A stretch of 27,306 nt of DNA from a virus (taxonomy: Duplodnaviria > Heunggongvirae > Uroviricota > Caudoviricetes). Position numbers and translations under genes: made by a program. The DNA lies in the IMG/VR virus record IMGVR_UViG_3300000301_000054; one strand, written 5' to 3'. Positions 8,930 through 18,221 of the stretch are shown here, piece after piece; the stretch's first letter is position 1; the number at the start of each line of letters is the position of its first letter. A model generated the notes under the pieces. That model worked only from the letters and a program-made list of their open reading frames with translations. It searched no databases and was not told the DNA's origin.

Positions 8930-9486
8930 CGTGCTGCCCCCTCTTTGGTGAAAATGCCTGCTGCAATGCTGTTTATGATGCTGTCAGTGCATGGAGTAGA
9001 AAGCTGGGCATCTCCAGCAATTTTCATGACCTCAACATCCGCATATCGAATACCGAGGTGTATCAGACCGGCTATGCCTGACTTAAGCCGAGCATTTTCC
9101 ATAAACAGATCCTTTGCCCGCTGTTTTTCTGCCTCAAGCTCAACGCGCAACTTCCCTACCGTTAACGCAATCTCCTCGTTCTCCTGGTCGCGGCGTTTGA
9201 TGTATTGCTGGTTTCTTTCCCGTTCATCCAGCAGCGTCAGCACAGTAGCCGGATTGGCTGCGGCGATGAATTCAGCATTGGCCTGCTGTTCCATTTGGAA
9301 ATCTTCATCGAAACCGCTTTCAGGATGCGCTCCTTCAATTCTGCAAATGGGAATATATCCAGCAGCCTCGCGATGAATTAGTGCATCATCACCATCAAAT
9401 CGGCCCTCTCCATACTCGAGCGACCACACACCACACGTTGCTTTCTCTGCTATCTCACGCAGTGCCTGATAGTCAATCTTGCTCAC
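8926..9486 (-). CDS. ead/Ea22-like protein
   Basis: LLDERERNQQYIKRRDQENEEIALTVGKLRVELEAEK, recalled as characteristic of lambdoid Ea22-family proteins. Confidence 0.6.
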   Translation of the reverse strand: MSKIDYQALREIAEKATCGVWSLEYGEGRFDGDDALIHREAAGYIPICRIEGAHPESGFDEDFQMEQQANAEFIAAANPATVLTLLDERERNQQYIKRRDQENEEIALTVGKLRVELEAEKQRAKDLFMENARLKSGIAGLIHLGIRYADVEVMKIAGDAQLSTPCTDSIINSIAAGIFTKEGAAR

Positions 9487-10111
9487 TGGATGACTCCTTT
9501 ACGAAGCAGTTCAGCAATACTTACGCATATCTCTGCGCCTCTAATCAGCCCCGGAACGTTCTTGTTTGGCCCAACTTCACCATCAACAAAATCAATCATC
9601 GCGTTACGAGCCATATCCACGCCCTGCGCACGTACTTCAGCCAGAAAAGCATCGGTGGCTGGAGTTTCTATGCACTGCATTTCATGCAATGTCTGCATGT
9701 CCATAAAATCCCCGTCAGGCTCTGTGATAGTGGCGTTATATGCCGAGTAAATTTTTGACGCTTCATGTGNNNNNNNNNNNNNNNNNNNNNNNNNNNNNNN
9801 NNNNNNNNNNNNNNNNNNNNNNNNNNNNNNNNNNNNNNNNNNNNNNNNNNNNNCGCAGCCTTAGATCGCAATGCCACATTCTCCGCCGCTAATGCGTCTC
9901 TCTGCGCCCGCAACTTCTCAATTTCGGCAGCCATGTAGTAACCAACCATAGCGAAGACGGCAAAAGAGTTGTCTGCCTCATCAGGCGACACTGAGGCCAT
10001 TAGCAGGCCATCGTAAAAATCGTGACTCCCATTGGTGATCGCCACCGCATAGGAGTCGTGGTTCTCGCGCTTGTGAATGAGAACTACGGGATTTTCGATT
10101 TTGTTACTCAT
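9483..10111 (-). CDS. Hypothetical phage early protein (interrupted by N run 9770..9853)
   Basis: N-terminal segment from ATG at 10111; C-terminal segment ends at 9483 overlapping the next start; coiled-coil EIEKLRAQRDALAAENVALRSKAA. Confidence 0.45.
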
Positions 10112-10248
10112 GTGTTTTTCTCTTCTTTGCTGTTACATAAGCACTACCAAGTGCTGGTTATTTTCACAAATAAGAAAAGGTAGAAAACAATTTATTTAAG
10201 GCCACAACTTATGGCCTTTATTTATTCATGCCGAAGGATTTGTAGCGT

Positions 10249-10629
10249 CTAATTGCCGGATAAAATGGGGTGAGGTGCTTGCCAGTAGGCTCCACCGGTC
10301 CATGTGAACCCCATGCGAATAAGAGTGTTTATTGCGGCTTTGGTAGACTCTGATTCGACACTGACTTTTCGAAACTCTTGAACCTCTTTAGCCAACCTGT
10401 ATGTAATTGTGCAGGGGACGATTGCAGCCCAGCCTTTCTCATGACTGTTAATGACCATCTGGATGTGACCATCCAGAATAGGTTGATTAGGCATGTTATT
10501 GAAAATGTCTGCCTGTTTTTGAATGTGAAGAAAAAGCCTTGCCAGCTCCATTTGCTCACTACGAGACAAGGGATTATCAAGAGGGCTTTTTGCAAAAGCG
10601 GCTATACGCTGTGCGTCAATGCCAAACAT
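10249..10629 (-). CDS. Hypothetical phage protein (126 aa)
   Basis: Start overlaps the stop of the upstream gene at 10629. Confidence 0.45.
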   Translation of the reverse strand: MFGIDAQRIAAFAKSPLDNPLSRSEQMELARLFLHIQKQADIFNNMPNQPILDGHIQMVINSHEKGWAAIVPCTITYRLAKEVQEFRKVSVESESTKAAINTLIRMGFTWTGGAYWQAPHPILSGN

Positions 10630-11414
10630 CAGCGCACCTCACCATCTTTATGGCTGGAGTTAACTTCCGCCATTAAATGTCCGACGTAATCGACAAGAGA
10701 GCCACCTGGTGGAATCTGGCATTCCTCAACTAACTGGAAGTAGATATCCGCTGCATTACGTGTATTACTACCCTCGCATATTCTTTCTTCCCGAAGTGCA
10801 TGAAGCTCGTTGATCAAACGGTCACACTCTCCGTTACGCTGATCCACAACGGCCTCAAGCTCTGCGACGCGTTCACCTGGCGTCTTACCTTCTTTGTGTT
10901 GGATGNNNNNNNNNNNNNNNNNNNNNNNNNNNNNNNNNNNNNNNNNNNNNNNNNNNNNNNNNNNNNNNNNNNNNNNNNNNNNNNNNNNNNNNNNNNNNNC
11001 GCCAATTGCAGGGACGTTGTAATCCAGCTCAAGGTAGTTTTTGGCACCGCTGCGGACGAACTCACCCGCGAACATGGTGGCGAACATCGCAGAGGCCACT
11101 TCGCCGTTGAAAAGTGACTCCAGATCTAACGGAGTCCCGGCAGCAATAGCCTCTTTTGCTGTATCCATTGCATCCATGAACCGATCAAACTCACTAGCGC
11201 GCTTTTCCAGGTCTTTCCATTGCTCGCTCCAACGTTTGGCAACGAAGTCTATGAATGTTTTCGCGGATTCATCAAAATTCCCCTCAAACTTAACGATGCC
11301 TTTATCAATAATGATCTGGCCTACCGCATCCTCTGCATAACCTTTCAATGTAAACTTGAAAGGAAAATCGGAATGTCCTGTGACGTTAAAATGCTCTAAC
11401 TGGAGGTTGCTCAT
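10629..11414 (-). CDS. Hypothetical phage protein, coiled-coil C-terminal part (interrupted by N run 10906..10999)
   Basis: 261-codon ORF across the gap. Confidence 0.5.
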   Translation of the reverse strand: MSNLQLEHFNVTGHSDFPFKFTLKGYAEDAVGQIIIDKGIVKFEGNFDESAKTFIDFVAKRWSEQWKDLEKRASEFDRFMDAMDTAKEAIAAGTPLDLESLFNGEVASAMFATMFAGEFVRSGAKNYLELDYNVPAIGXXXXXXXXXXXXXXXXXXXXXXXXXXXXXXXXIQHKEGKTPGERVAELEAVVDQRNGECDRLINELHALREERICEGSNTRNAADIYFQLVEECQIPPGGSLVDYVGHLMAEVNSSHKDGEVR

Positions 11415-11475
11415 GTGTTTTTCTCTTATCGTTTAGTTACTACATTCTTACACAAATTAAGTAAGCATTTACCTA

Positions 11476-12095
11476 TCATTTAACGCGTTTGAAAACGTAT
11501 ACGCTGACTGTGATCCCGGTATCTTCAAACTCGTTGGTAAACGACTTCCCTCTGGCATAAACGTAATTATCCATCGTCATCCAGCTCAGGATTGGCGCAG
11601 TGCCCGGCAATACTGCTACAAGACGCCCGCCGACTTTCAGATGCCCCAGCGCAGCCAGCGTGTGCTCTCTATGACGACCAAGCGAGTACGGCGGGTTCAT
11701 AACGATTTTGTCGAACTGATAACCTGCGTTGTCCTCAGACCACTTTATGAAGTCGCAGCAAATCGTGTTCGTATACCCTTTTCCACGCAGGATATCAGCG
11801 AAGAGAGGTGCGATTTCTATGCAGGTAACATCTTCCAGATCGGCGTTAATATAGGCCAGAAGATCCCCACGTCCGGCTTGAGGCTCAAGCAGCTTCTCAC
11901 CAGGCTTCAATTCAGTGGCTCTGGCAACGTACTCAGCAATCAAGCGTGGGGTAGGGTAGAACTGGTGTGATTTTGTATCCGGTATTAAACCGGTAGCCAC
12001 AATCGTATTTAGCGTATGGCCGATGTCATACGGGAACTGCCAGTGCTTTTTCTCCTGCACGCCGCCAATGAAGCTCAGTGTGCGCTCAAGCTCTT
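11476..12095 (-). CDS. N6-adenine DNA methyltransferase catalytic domain (gamma-type motif order); 5' end lost in N run 12096..12220
   Basis: FYPTP (motif X), LEPQAGRGDLL (SAM-binding motif I), IVMNPPYS (motif IV NPPY); reading frame stays open upstream into the gap. Confidence 0.6.
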
Positions 12096-12509
12096 NNNNN
12101 NNNNNNNNNNNNNNNNNNNNNNNNNNNNNNNNNNNNNNNNNNNNNNNNNNNNNNNNNNNNNNNNNNNNNNNNNNNNNNNNNNNNNNNNNNNNNNNNNNNN
12201 NNNNNNNNNNNNNNNNNNNNTGTCTTTGCTCAATCGCCCGTCACGAAGCGCAGTGCGAACCGGCACGGAGATCGTCTTCTGGATTAACCCGAACTGCTTT
12301 GGTGCCCGTGTTTTTGGCGCAGTTCGGCATGGCGCGGGAATTGCAGCAGGCATACTGTAAGCCAGCACCTCATTCAACTTCCAGGCCACGTCAGGATGTA
12401 TTTCAAAGTGAACGTTGCCGTTNNNNNNNNNNNNNNNNNNNNNNNNNNNNNNNNNNNNNNNNNNNNNNNNNNNNNNNNNNNNNNNNNNNNNNNNNNNNNN
12501 NNNNNNNNN

Positions 12510-13320
12510 ACATCTTCACGCGCATCAGATTTCCATCGACGTTCATCCAGTCACCGGTCTGGCAGTCGTTTGCCCGATACGCAGCTGATAGCACCTCAGC
12601 AGTGCGGTTGATGGTAATAAATTCTTTGTGCGCGAAGAAATGAAGCAAGACACGCAGATCGTCGATGTAGTCCTCTTTGCGATAGTTCACGCTAACGCTG
12701 TCCCGCCAGAAATCAGAAATGCAGTCAGCGATTATCAGCCGCTCGCTGAAACCGTTTGTCTTATTTGTCTTGTGCGCAGGACTCAGCGCCTTAAACAAGC
12801 CATACACGCGCTCAGAGAGATATTTGTGCCTGTCATTCAGCAAATTAAGCATCGTGGGTATGACCGTTTCTGCTTTGAACTCCGGTACACCAACGAACTC
12901 TTTAACCTTCATCTGGTAGCCGGTTCTGTCAGTTTTGATGACTTCCTGTTTGCCCTCTATAAACTGCTCGCGCCACTCATCTCGACGGGAAGCTGGCATG
13001 ATCAGCAAAACGTTAGTCATGTCCGTGACCTTCCTCCAGTACTCGGCCCAAATATTCTGTTTCACCCATTCCAGATCGACTTTATCCAACCAACCTCGAT
13101 TTAAACGCGAGCGATCTTCATCTGGTCGATGGTTTAGTCTCAGCAGGCGATTAATCATGTTGTGGCGTTCGTCGCCATAAACGAAGTCGTGAACCTGATA
13201 CATGAAGGCGATCTCTTTCTCGCACTCGGCCACAATTTCGTGGATGACGTTCATTTCCTGCCGATAGTCGATAGCAGTGTTTGAGTTGGCATCGTCGATG
13301 ATGGAAAGGGCTGTATTCAT
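12510..13320 (-). CDS. Hypothetical protein (at least 270 aa), truncated by N run 12423..12509; immediately upstream of the methyltransferase
   Basis: Long ORF from ATG at 13320 running into the gap; no motif I can assign. Confidence 0.5.
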
Positions 13321-13423
13321 AATTGCACCATTAAGAAGTGATTTGTTTAATGGTGCAATTATTTCAAAAATGAAAAGGTACTAAATAGAAATAAACAGGC
13401 AATCCTTCAAATAAAGGCATTGG

Positions 13424-14095
13424 CTAATCATACTTGGAGGTATTTATCACCAGAATTTTGTTTGTATAAATTTTCTTAATATCCCATGTGACATTACCGG
13501 AATACCATTGACCGTTATATACTTGGTTTCCAGTTGCACCTGTCATTGTTACATAGACAGGTCTGTCGTAATCGGTTCGTCTATAGTTATATACTCCAAC
13601 CATAGCAGGCATTACCGCACATGGATACCCCATATCTATTGTAAATTGAGGGTCAGAAATAGTGATAAGTTTCGCATCAAGGGGCATCATCTCACCGTGA
13701 TACACCATTGCGCCTGCGCTGTTATACATGGCAATGCCATAGCCAGAATGTGGTAACACCATATCAGAAAAAGCATAAACTGTTATTGTTCCGGGGCTAC
13801 CATTTACCTGATGCAATCTGAGAGCATTGTATCCGTTACTATGCTCATGAATAAACATCATGTTCGCCTTATTACTGCTTTTTATGAAAAAAAAACATGA
13901 TTTGTTTGATGGGATTGATGTTTGAAAAACAGAACCTTTAGATGTAGACATTGTCCCTTTATTAATCAGATTTTGCGGAGTAAATTCTGGACTCATCCAC
14001 AAACTTCCATCTGATTGAGTAATTGACATCCCGAACATAATTATCCCCAGTATGTGTATATGTAAGAACCAAGCCCCGTATATAAATTTGACCAA
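13424..14095 (-). CDS. AT-rich hypothetical protein (moron-like); N-terminal hydrophobic segment, Tyr/Gly/Asn-rich body
   Basis: 223-aa ORF in a markedly AT-richer segment; further ORF fragments (14201..14435) broken by N runs 14133..14200 and 14320..14380 may belong to the same or a second gene. Confidence 0.4.
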   Translation of the reverse strand: MVKFIYGAWFLHIHILGIIMFGMSITQSDGSLWMSPEFTPQNLINKGTMSTSKGSVFQTSIPSNKSCFFFIKSSNKANMMFIHEHSNGYNALRLHQVNGSPGTITVYAFSDMVLPHSGYGIAMYNSAGAMVYHGEMMPLDAKLITISDPQFTIDMGYPCAVMPAMVGVYNYRRTDYDRPVYVTMTGATGNQVYNGQWYSGNVTWDIKKIYTNKILVINTSKYD

Positions 14096-14463
14096 CTAAC
14101 CGTATTTCCATTAATAGTAACTGTTGGAACAGNNNNNNNNNNNNNNNNNNNNNNNNNNNNNNNNNNNNNNNNNNNNNNNNNNNNNNNNNNNNNNNNNNNN
14201 AAATTAATGTAGTTGTCGTTGTTAAGAGGCATCAATGACCACACGGCATGTAGCGATTTACCCGGTGGCGGATTGGAGTACGTCTTAGAGCCTGATGACG
14301 CAGTAAATCGATCAAGAAANNNNNNNNNNNNNNNNNNNNNNNNNNNNNNNNNNNNNNNNNNNNNNNNNNNNNNNNNNNNNGGAAGCCAGTAACGTTAATT
14401 CCTTTATTGTTGTAAATCCCTGTACCGTATGCCATTTTTCATCCTTGTTTTTTATCAACACAA

Positions 14464-14487
14464 TATGGCCGATCATGCGGCCATATC
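14464..14487 (-). promoter_or_regulatory. Perfect palindrome ATATGGCCG-ATCATG-CGGCCATAT in the 55-nt spacer between the gene ending at 14491 and the ATG at 14435
   Basis: 9-bp arms, 6-nt centre; followed on the minus strand by AAGGA SD and ATG. Confidence 0.5.
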
Positions 14488-14490
14488 AGA

Positions 14491-15060
14491 TCAATTAGAG
14501 CTTTGAAAGGCTTTGTGTGGCTGTGTTGCGAGGTTATGTCGATGGCTTAACTCACGCATCATGTCTTCAAGCCGACTCTTTGTGTCGTCGAGTTGGTCGG
14601 CCATTGCTCCCAAAAGCTGACGAACGGCCATCGGATCATCGCTGTTTAGTGATGGCATTTTATAACCCGCCTGAGAAGACATAAGATTGAACGCAGACAT
14701 CAACATCGTTAGAGAGGATTTAAGCCCAGCAATTTCACGATCTTTGCTGGCAATAATCGCCTCACTCTTGTTAGTGTCATCAGTTCGTTGAGTCTCGCTC
14801 ACCATATCCAAAGTCGCCTGCAACTTATCAGCGCGCTCTTTTTCAGCAAGATAATGAACACCGAAATGATGTGCTAAAGCTACAACCTGAGTTGGCTCTT
14901 CAAAGGTGGACTCAAAATTAAGTGCTGTAACCACTCTCTCAAATATGGAAACGTCTTCTATTCCTCGAAGAATGGCTAACATTTTGACCAGTTCATTAGC
15001 ATCCATTTCTTCGAATAAGGCGTTTTGTTCATCAGCTATCGCTTTGCATTTCTTGCACAT
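14491..15060 (-). CDS. Hypothetical protein (189 aa)
   Basis: Leader carries the palindromic element 15079..15091 and an AGGA SD. Confidence 0.5.
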   Translation of the reverse strand: MCKKCKAIADEQNALFEEMDANELVKMLAILRGIEDVSIFERVVTALNFESTFEEPTQVVALAHHFGVHYLAEKERADKLQATLDMVSETQRTDDTNKSEAIIASKDREIAGLKSSLTMLMSAFNLMSSQAGYKMPSLNSDDPMAVRQLLGAMADQLDDTKSRLEDMMRELSHRHNLATQPHKAFQSSN

Positions 15061-15078
15061 GTGTTTTTCCTAATGCTT

Positions 15079-15091
15079 AAACAAGTTGTTT
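15079..15091 (-). promoter_or_regulatory. Palindromic leader element AAACAA-G-TTGTTT, about 20 nt upstream of the ATG at 15060
   Basis: Perfect 13-bp palindrome; adjacent GTTGTTTTCTTATTGG also occurs at 1049..1064. Confidence 0.5.
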
Positions 15092-15176
15092 TCTTATTGG
15101 CTTTATTGTGATGTGGCATAAAAGGGGAGCAAGCTAAACGTAAAGGTGCAAACTCTCTATTTCGGTCAACGAAACA

Positions 15177-15196
15177 CAAGGGCCATTTGGCCCTTG
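15177..15196 (-). terminator. Hairpin CAAGGGCC-ATTT-GGCCCTTG downstream of the small membrane ORF
   Basis: 8-bp stem; partially U-rich tract follows on the minus strand. Confidence 0.4.
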
Positions 15197-15202
15197 TCAT
15201 TA

Positions 15203-15358
15203 ACACGTTGCTTTACGGACTAGCGGATAAGCGAAGTAGATCGCCAGACCAATGAGGACGCCATCAGAAATGACAGACATCATCTTTCCCGTAAAATCCA
15301 CCAACACCGCCATCACCAGAAGAGCAATGACGATCACAAGCCGGAATCTCTCAAGCAT
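15203..15358 (-). CDS. Candidate small hydrophobic protein (about 51 aa, MLERFRLVIVIALLVMAVLV...), start overlapping the stop of the TerB-like gene
   Basis: ATG at 15356..15358 overlaps the TerB-like gene stop (15358..15360) by 1 nt; two hydrophobic stretches. Confidence 0.35.
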
Positions 15359-15783
15359 TAGAGATAAGCATCCAGTGACAACTGAAGCGCCTGGGCGATC
15401 TTTTTAAGTGCCTGCTCTTCTTGTTCACCAATGCCGTCCTGATCGGCAATATCAAGGCACAGACACAGTACATCTACTGCATCATTAGTCCCGGCCACAT
15501 CAGCCAGCTCACGTAAAGCCTGGGCATTAGCGCGGCGCGGTGAGGCTTCGTATTGAGCACGGATATTGGCGCTCATTTGGGCAATCTCACCAGCAAACGG
15601 AGAAAACGCAGGCAGAGCTGCAATTGTTTTCTCAAGAATGGAAATTTCCTTTGCGTCGCATGTGCCATCGGCATAGGAGATCATGTACGCGCCCCACACG
15701 GTGGCTTCAACCGCATCTCGGTTCTCCATTTTTTTGACCTCGATAACAGCTTTACGAGTTTTCTTTTTGAATAAACCTAACAT
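15358..15783 (-). CDS. TerB-like (tellurite-resistance TerB fold) protein
   Basis: Duplicated ADG-type motifs MISYADGTCDAKEISILE and LDIADQDGIGEQEEQALKKIAQALQL typical of TerB-like domains; palindromic element and AAGGAA SD in leader. Confidence 0.55.
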   Translation of the reverse strand: MLGLFKKKTRKAVIEVKKMENRDAVEATVWGAYMISYADGTCDAKEISILEKTIAALPAFSPFAGEIAQMSANIRAQYEASPRRANAQALRELADVAGTNDAVDVLCLCLDIADQDGIGEQEEQALKKIAQALQLSLDAYL

Positions 15784-15806
15784 GTGCTTTCCTTTTGTTA
15801 TTTGTT

Positions 15807-15821
15807 AAAACAAGTTGTTTT
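15807..15821 (-). promoter_or_regulatory. Palindromic leader element AAAACAA-G-TTGTTTT, about 24 nt upstream of the TerB-like ATG
   Basis: Perfect 15-bp palindrome. Confidence 0.5.
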
Positions 15822-15876
15822 CTAGTTACATGAATTGCTTACGAAAAGACGGTCAATGCATATGCACTAACAACCG

Positions 15877-16065
15877 TCAGAAATAACCAAGTACCGAACC
15901 AACTGGAAAAACAAAAATCCCAACAACACGAGCCAAGGTCATACCAGCCTGAAACTGGAGATCGCCAGAGCAAACAAGTTTTATAATGTTCGATACCCAA
16001 CCGGCGGCCATGAGGGCAAGAATTGCCAGCCAAATTTTTCCAAAGTGATTTGAAAACCAGTTCAT
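15877..16065 (-). CDS. Small membrane protein (62 aa, two hydrophobic helices)
   Basis: MNWFSNHFGKIWLAILALMAAGWV...; ATG overlaps the stop of the upstream small gene (ATGA). Confidence 0.4.
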   Translation of the reverse strand: MNWFSNHFGKIWLAILALMAAGWVSNIIKLVCSGDLQFQAGMTLARVVGIFVFPVGSVLGYF

Positions 16066-16280
16066 ACAACCGCCTTAGTCACAACATGATCCTGAGTAAC
16101 TGGATGAACTTGAGGTATCGCATCCACCGTCATCCCATCCAGAGTGACAGGACGCTCTACTGGAGTGGTGGTAATTGTCGTCGACGGAGGTGTGGTGATG
16201 GATGAATCCGGCATCAAAAGGCTCTGGCCGGCTGGAACGGCTACCGTCGCCAGTGAAACTATAATGAGAACGTAGGCCAT
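16062..16280 (-). CDS. Small secreted or lipoprotein-like protein (72 aa from the internal ATG; signal-peptide-like N-terminus, Thr/Pro-rich middle)
   Basis: MAYVLIIVSLATVAVPAGQS...; AAAGAGG SD 9 nt upstream of the ATG at 16280; stop overlaps the next start. Confidence 0.4.
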   Translation of the reverse strand: MAYVLIIVSLATVAVPAGQSLLMPDSSITTPPSTTITTTPVERPVTLDGMTVDAIPQVHPVTQDHVVTKAVV

Positions 16281-16569
16281 TGGTTTCAGCCTCTTTCTTT
16301 GAAAATTTTCCATTCGAACTGTCCTTGTTGTTTTTCTCCTTCACTAAAGGCCGTGCATTTTTCGCTTGGTGTGAAGAACCAGAGGTAACAATCGCCCCCA
16401 CGTTCGCAACAACTGACGCTTGCTTATCTAAACGTTCATTCAGCAACCGAACGGTAGTCTCCAGTTCATCAAGACGTGACAGAACACGACCGCTAAATAA
16501 TTCGGCCAAAATTTGACGTAGTGAACGAGGACGTTTAGTTGCAGAAGTGAAATAGGTTTGACGTGCCAT
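16075..16569 (-). CDS. Hypothetical protein; only the N-terminal half (coiled-coil LSRLDELETTVRLLNERLDKQ) looks protein-like
   Basis: The 3' half overlaps the better-supported 16062..16280 gene in another frame; true end uncertain. Confidence 0.3.
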   Translation of the reverse strand: MARQTYFTSATKRPRSLRQILAELFSGRVLSRLDELETTVRLLNERLDKQASVVANVGAIVTSGSSHQAKNARPLVKEKNNKDSSNGKFSKKEAETNGLRSHYSFTGDGSRSSRPEPFDAGFIHHHTSVDDNYHHSSRASCHSGWDDGGCDTSSSSSYSGSCCD

Positions 16570-16714
16570 GTGGACTCCATCCAGTGTCAGAAAGAGTTGC
16601 GGCTGGCGATTGCCAGCCGCCTTTCTCGTTCCATCCTGGAACTGTGTCTTACCGACACATTGTCATCCTGACGCCGATAAGATACATGATTTAATATGAT
16701 AGGTAAACACTTAC

Positions 16715-17308
16715 TTACCACTTGTTGTAAATAAAACCAATGTCTTTCTTGTGAGGCGTATCGGCTGCGGAAAAAGCTGCGATCTTCGCGAGTCGATCAC
16801 ATATTTCATTTTCACGATGCCCGGCGTGACCTTTAACCCACTTCCAGCGAACATTATGTCGACTTGCGGCCTCATCCAGACGTTTCCACAGATCAACATT
16901 CTTTACCGGTTTTTTATCAGAAGTCATCCATCCATTACGTTTCCACCATTTCATCCACTGTGTCATGCCGTTTTTCAGATACTGGCTATCAGAGTACAAA
17001 ATAACGTTGCATGGATATTTCAAACGCTCCAGCCCGATAAGTGCGCCCATCATCTCCATGCGGTTATTGGTGGTGCTATGAAAACCATCTGAGAACTCGC
17101 GTTCCTCACCACGATACTGGAGAACGATACCGTAACCACCCGGGCCACCCGGATTTTTAAGGCAAGAGCCATCACTGAAGATTTTCACGGTTTTAAGCTG
17201 GGGATTGAACTCTACGACAGGCGTTGTGGGATTGGTGCGGGGAGAATTTTTGTTTTTGGCTTTTTTGCGAGTTTTTGCTTGCGATCGGGCTGGTGTCTTC
17301 GTCGTCAT
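16715..17308 (-). CDS. rnhA: RnhA-type ribonuclease H with a basic N-terminal extension
   Basis: [65 protein letters not shown] align along E. coli RNase HI; ATG at 17308 with AGGAG 6 nt upstream preferred over the ORF-track start at 17359. Confidence 0.8.
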   Translation of the reverse strand: MTTKTPARSQAKTRKKAKNKNSPRTNPTTPVVEFNPQLKTVKIFSDGSCLKNPGGPGGYGIVLQYRGEEREFSDGFHSTTNNRMEMMGALIGLERLKYPCNVILYSDSQYLKNGMTQWMKWWKRNGWMTSDKKPVKNVDLWKRLDEAASRHNVRWKWVKGHAGHRENEICDRLAKIAAFSAADTPHKKDIGFIYNKW

Positions 17309-17966
17309 ATAAACTCCTGAATCAAGCGCCGCGCCGATTTTTTCCTCGCGCGTGCGCACACGCGTGCGTGTTAATAATTATTAAAATAAACAAATTACTT
17401 CCCAGAACAGGTTTTTATAAACCTGAACTGAACGAACGAAGTGAGTGAAGTTCACCTCGAACGAAGTGAGAGGTTGTCTTTTCAGGTAATACTCTCCCAG
17501 GGAGGTGAGTACAAAATTTCCTCACCAACCTGGTCGTTTCATAACCTGAAAAGTTATGACCTAAGTCTACTGCCAGCTTAGGCTTGGGAAGTTATGGATG
17601 ACAGCACCCCAGAACCGAGATCTTCCCACACTTTATGAAGGGGAGTACTGGATTCAACCTCTCGAAACACTCCAGACTCGACAATCATAAAGTGACCCTT
17701 CTNNNNNNNNNNNNNNNNNNNNNNNNNNNNNNNNNNNNNNNNNNNNNNNNNNNNNNNNNNNNNNNNNNNNNNNNNNNNNNNNNNNNNTTTGGTTCCCCCT
17801 TCCCCAACCCCTAAACGGTGCCGGTTCTACGCTGGTAGTGAGCTTTTTTAAACCTGACGCCAGTGACGCTTACCCCCACCCATCAGGTCGAGTCTCCAGT
17901 CTACGACTGGAAACTATCAGATCTTAGCACTTACAATTCACTTTATAAATAGTTTGTACTTATCTA

Positions 17967-18221
17967 TCATTGTGATTGATTATTTTCTCGACCATGTAGT
18001 TGAACATTCAAGGCAAACACCTCATTGATCAACTCACCTAAAAGCTGTTCAACAAGTTCGCGATGCTCGCCAAGATGCAAGCACTTAATTGCCCACTCGT
18101 ACAAGTTGAAAGCCTGCTCACGATCTTTCATCATTTCACGAGCCTGGGCCAGAAAATCGCTCTCTACGAGCGCAACGACATTAGTCGGGTATGACATGTT
18201 GGTTTCCTTAAAGTGGTTCAT
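17967..18221 (-). CDS. Hypothetical small phage protein (84 aa)
   Basis: ORF only. Confidence 0.4.
   Translation of the reverse strand: MNHFKETNMSYPTNVVALVESDFLAQAREMMKDREQAFNLYEWAIKCLHLGEHRELVEQLLGELINEVFALNVQLHGRENNQSQ

Noticed and set aside
15839-16069. 76-aa ORF overlapping the 62-aa membrane-protein ORF in another frame
   Set aside because: Cys/Trp-rich implausible composition; the 15877..16065 frame has a coupled start and a membrane-protein-like sequence.
16715-17359. ORF-track start of the RNase H gene at 17359 ([17 protein letters not shown] extension)
   Set aside because: The internal ATG at 17308 has a strong AGGAG SD at ideal spacing; the upstream extension lacks one.
17591-17702. 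Possible tRNA- or tmRNA-like gene (GGGGAGTACTGGATTCAACC resembles a tmRNA 5' end or T-arm)
   Set aside because: No complete cloverleaf or acceptor stem with CCA could be built by eye, and the 3' side is masked by the N run 17703..17787; left as part of the structured non-coding region finding.
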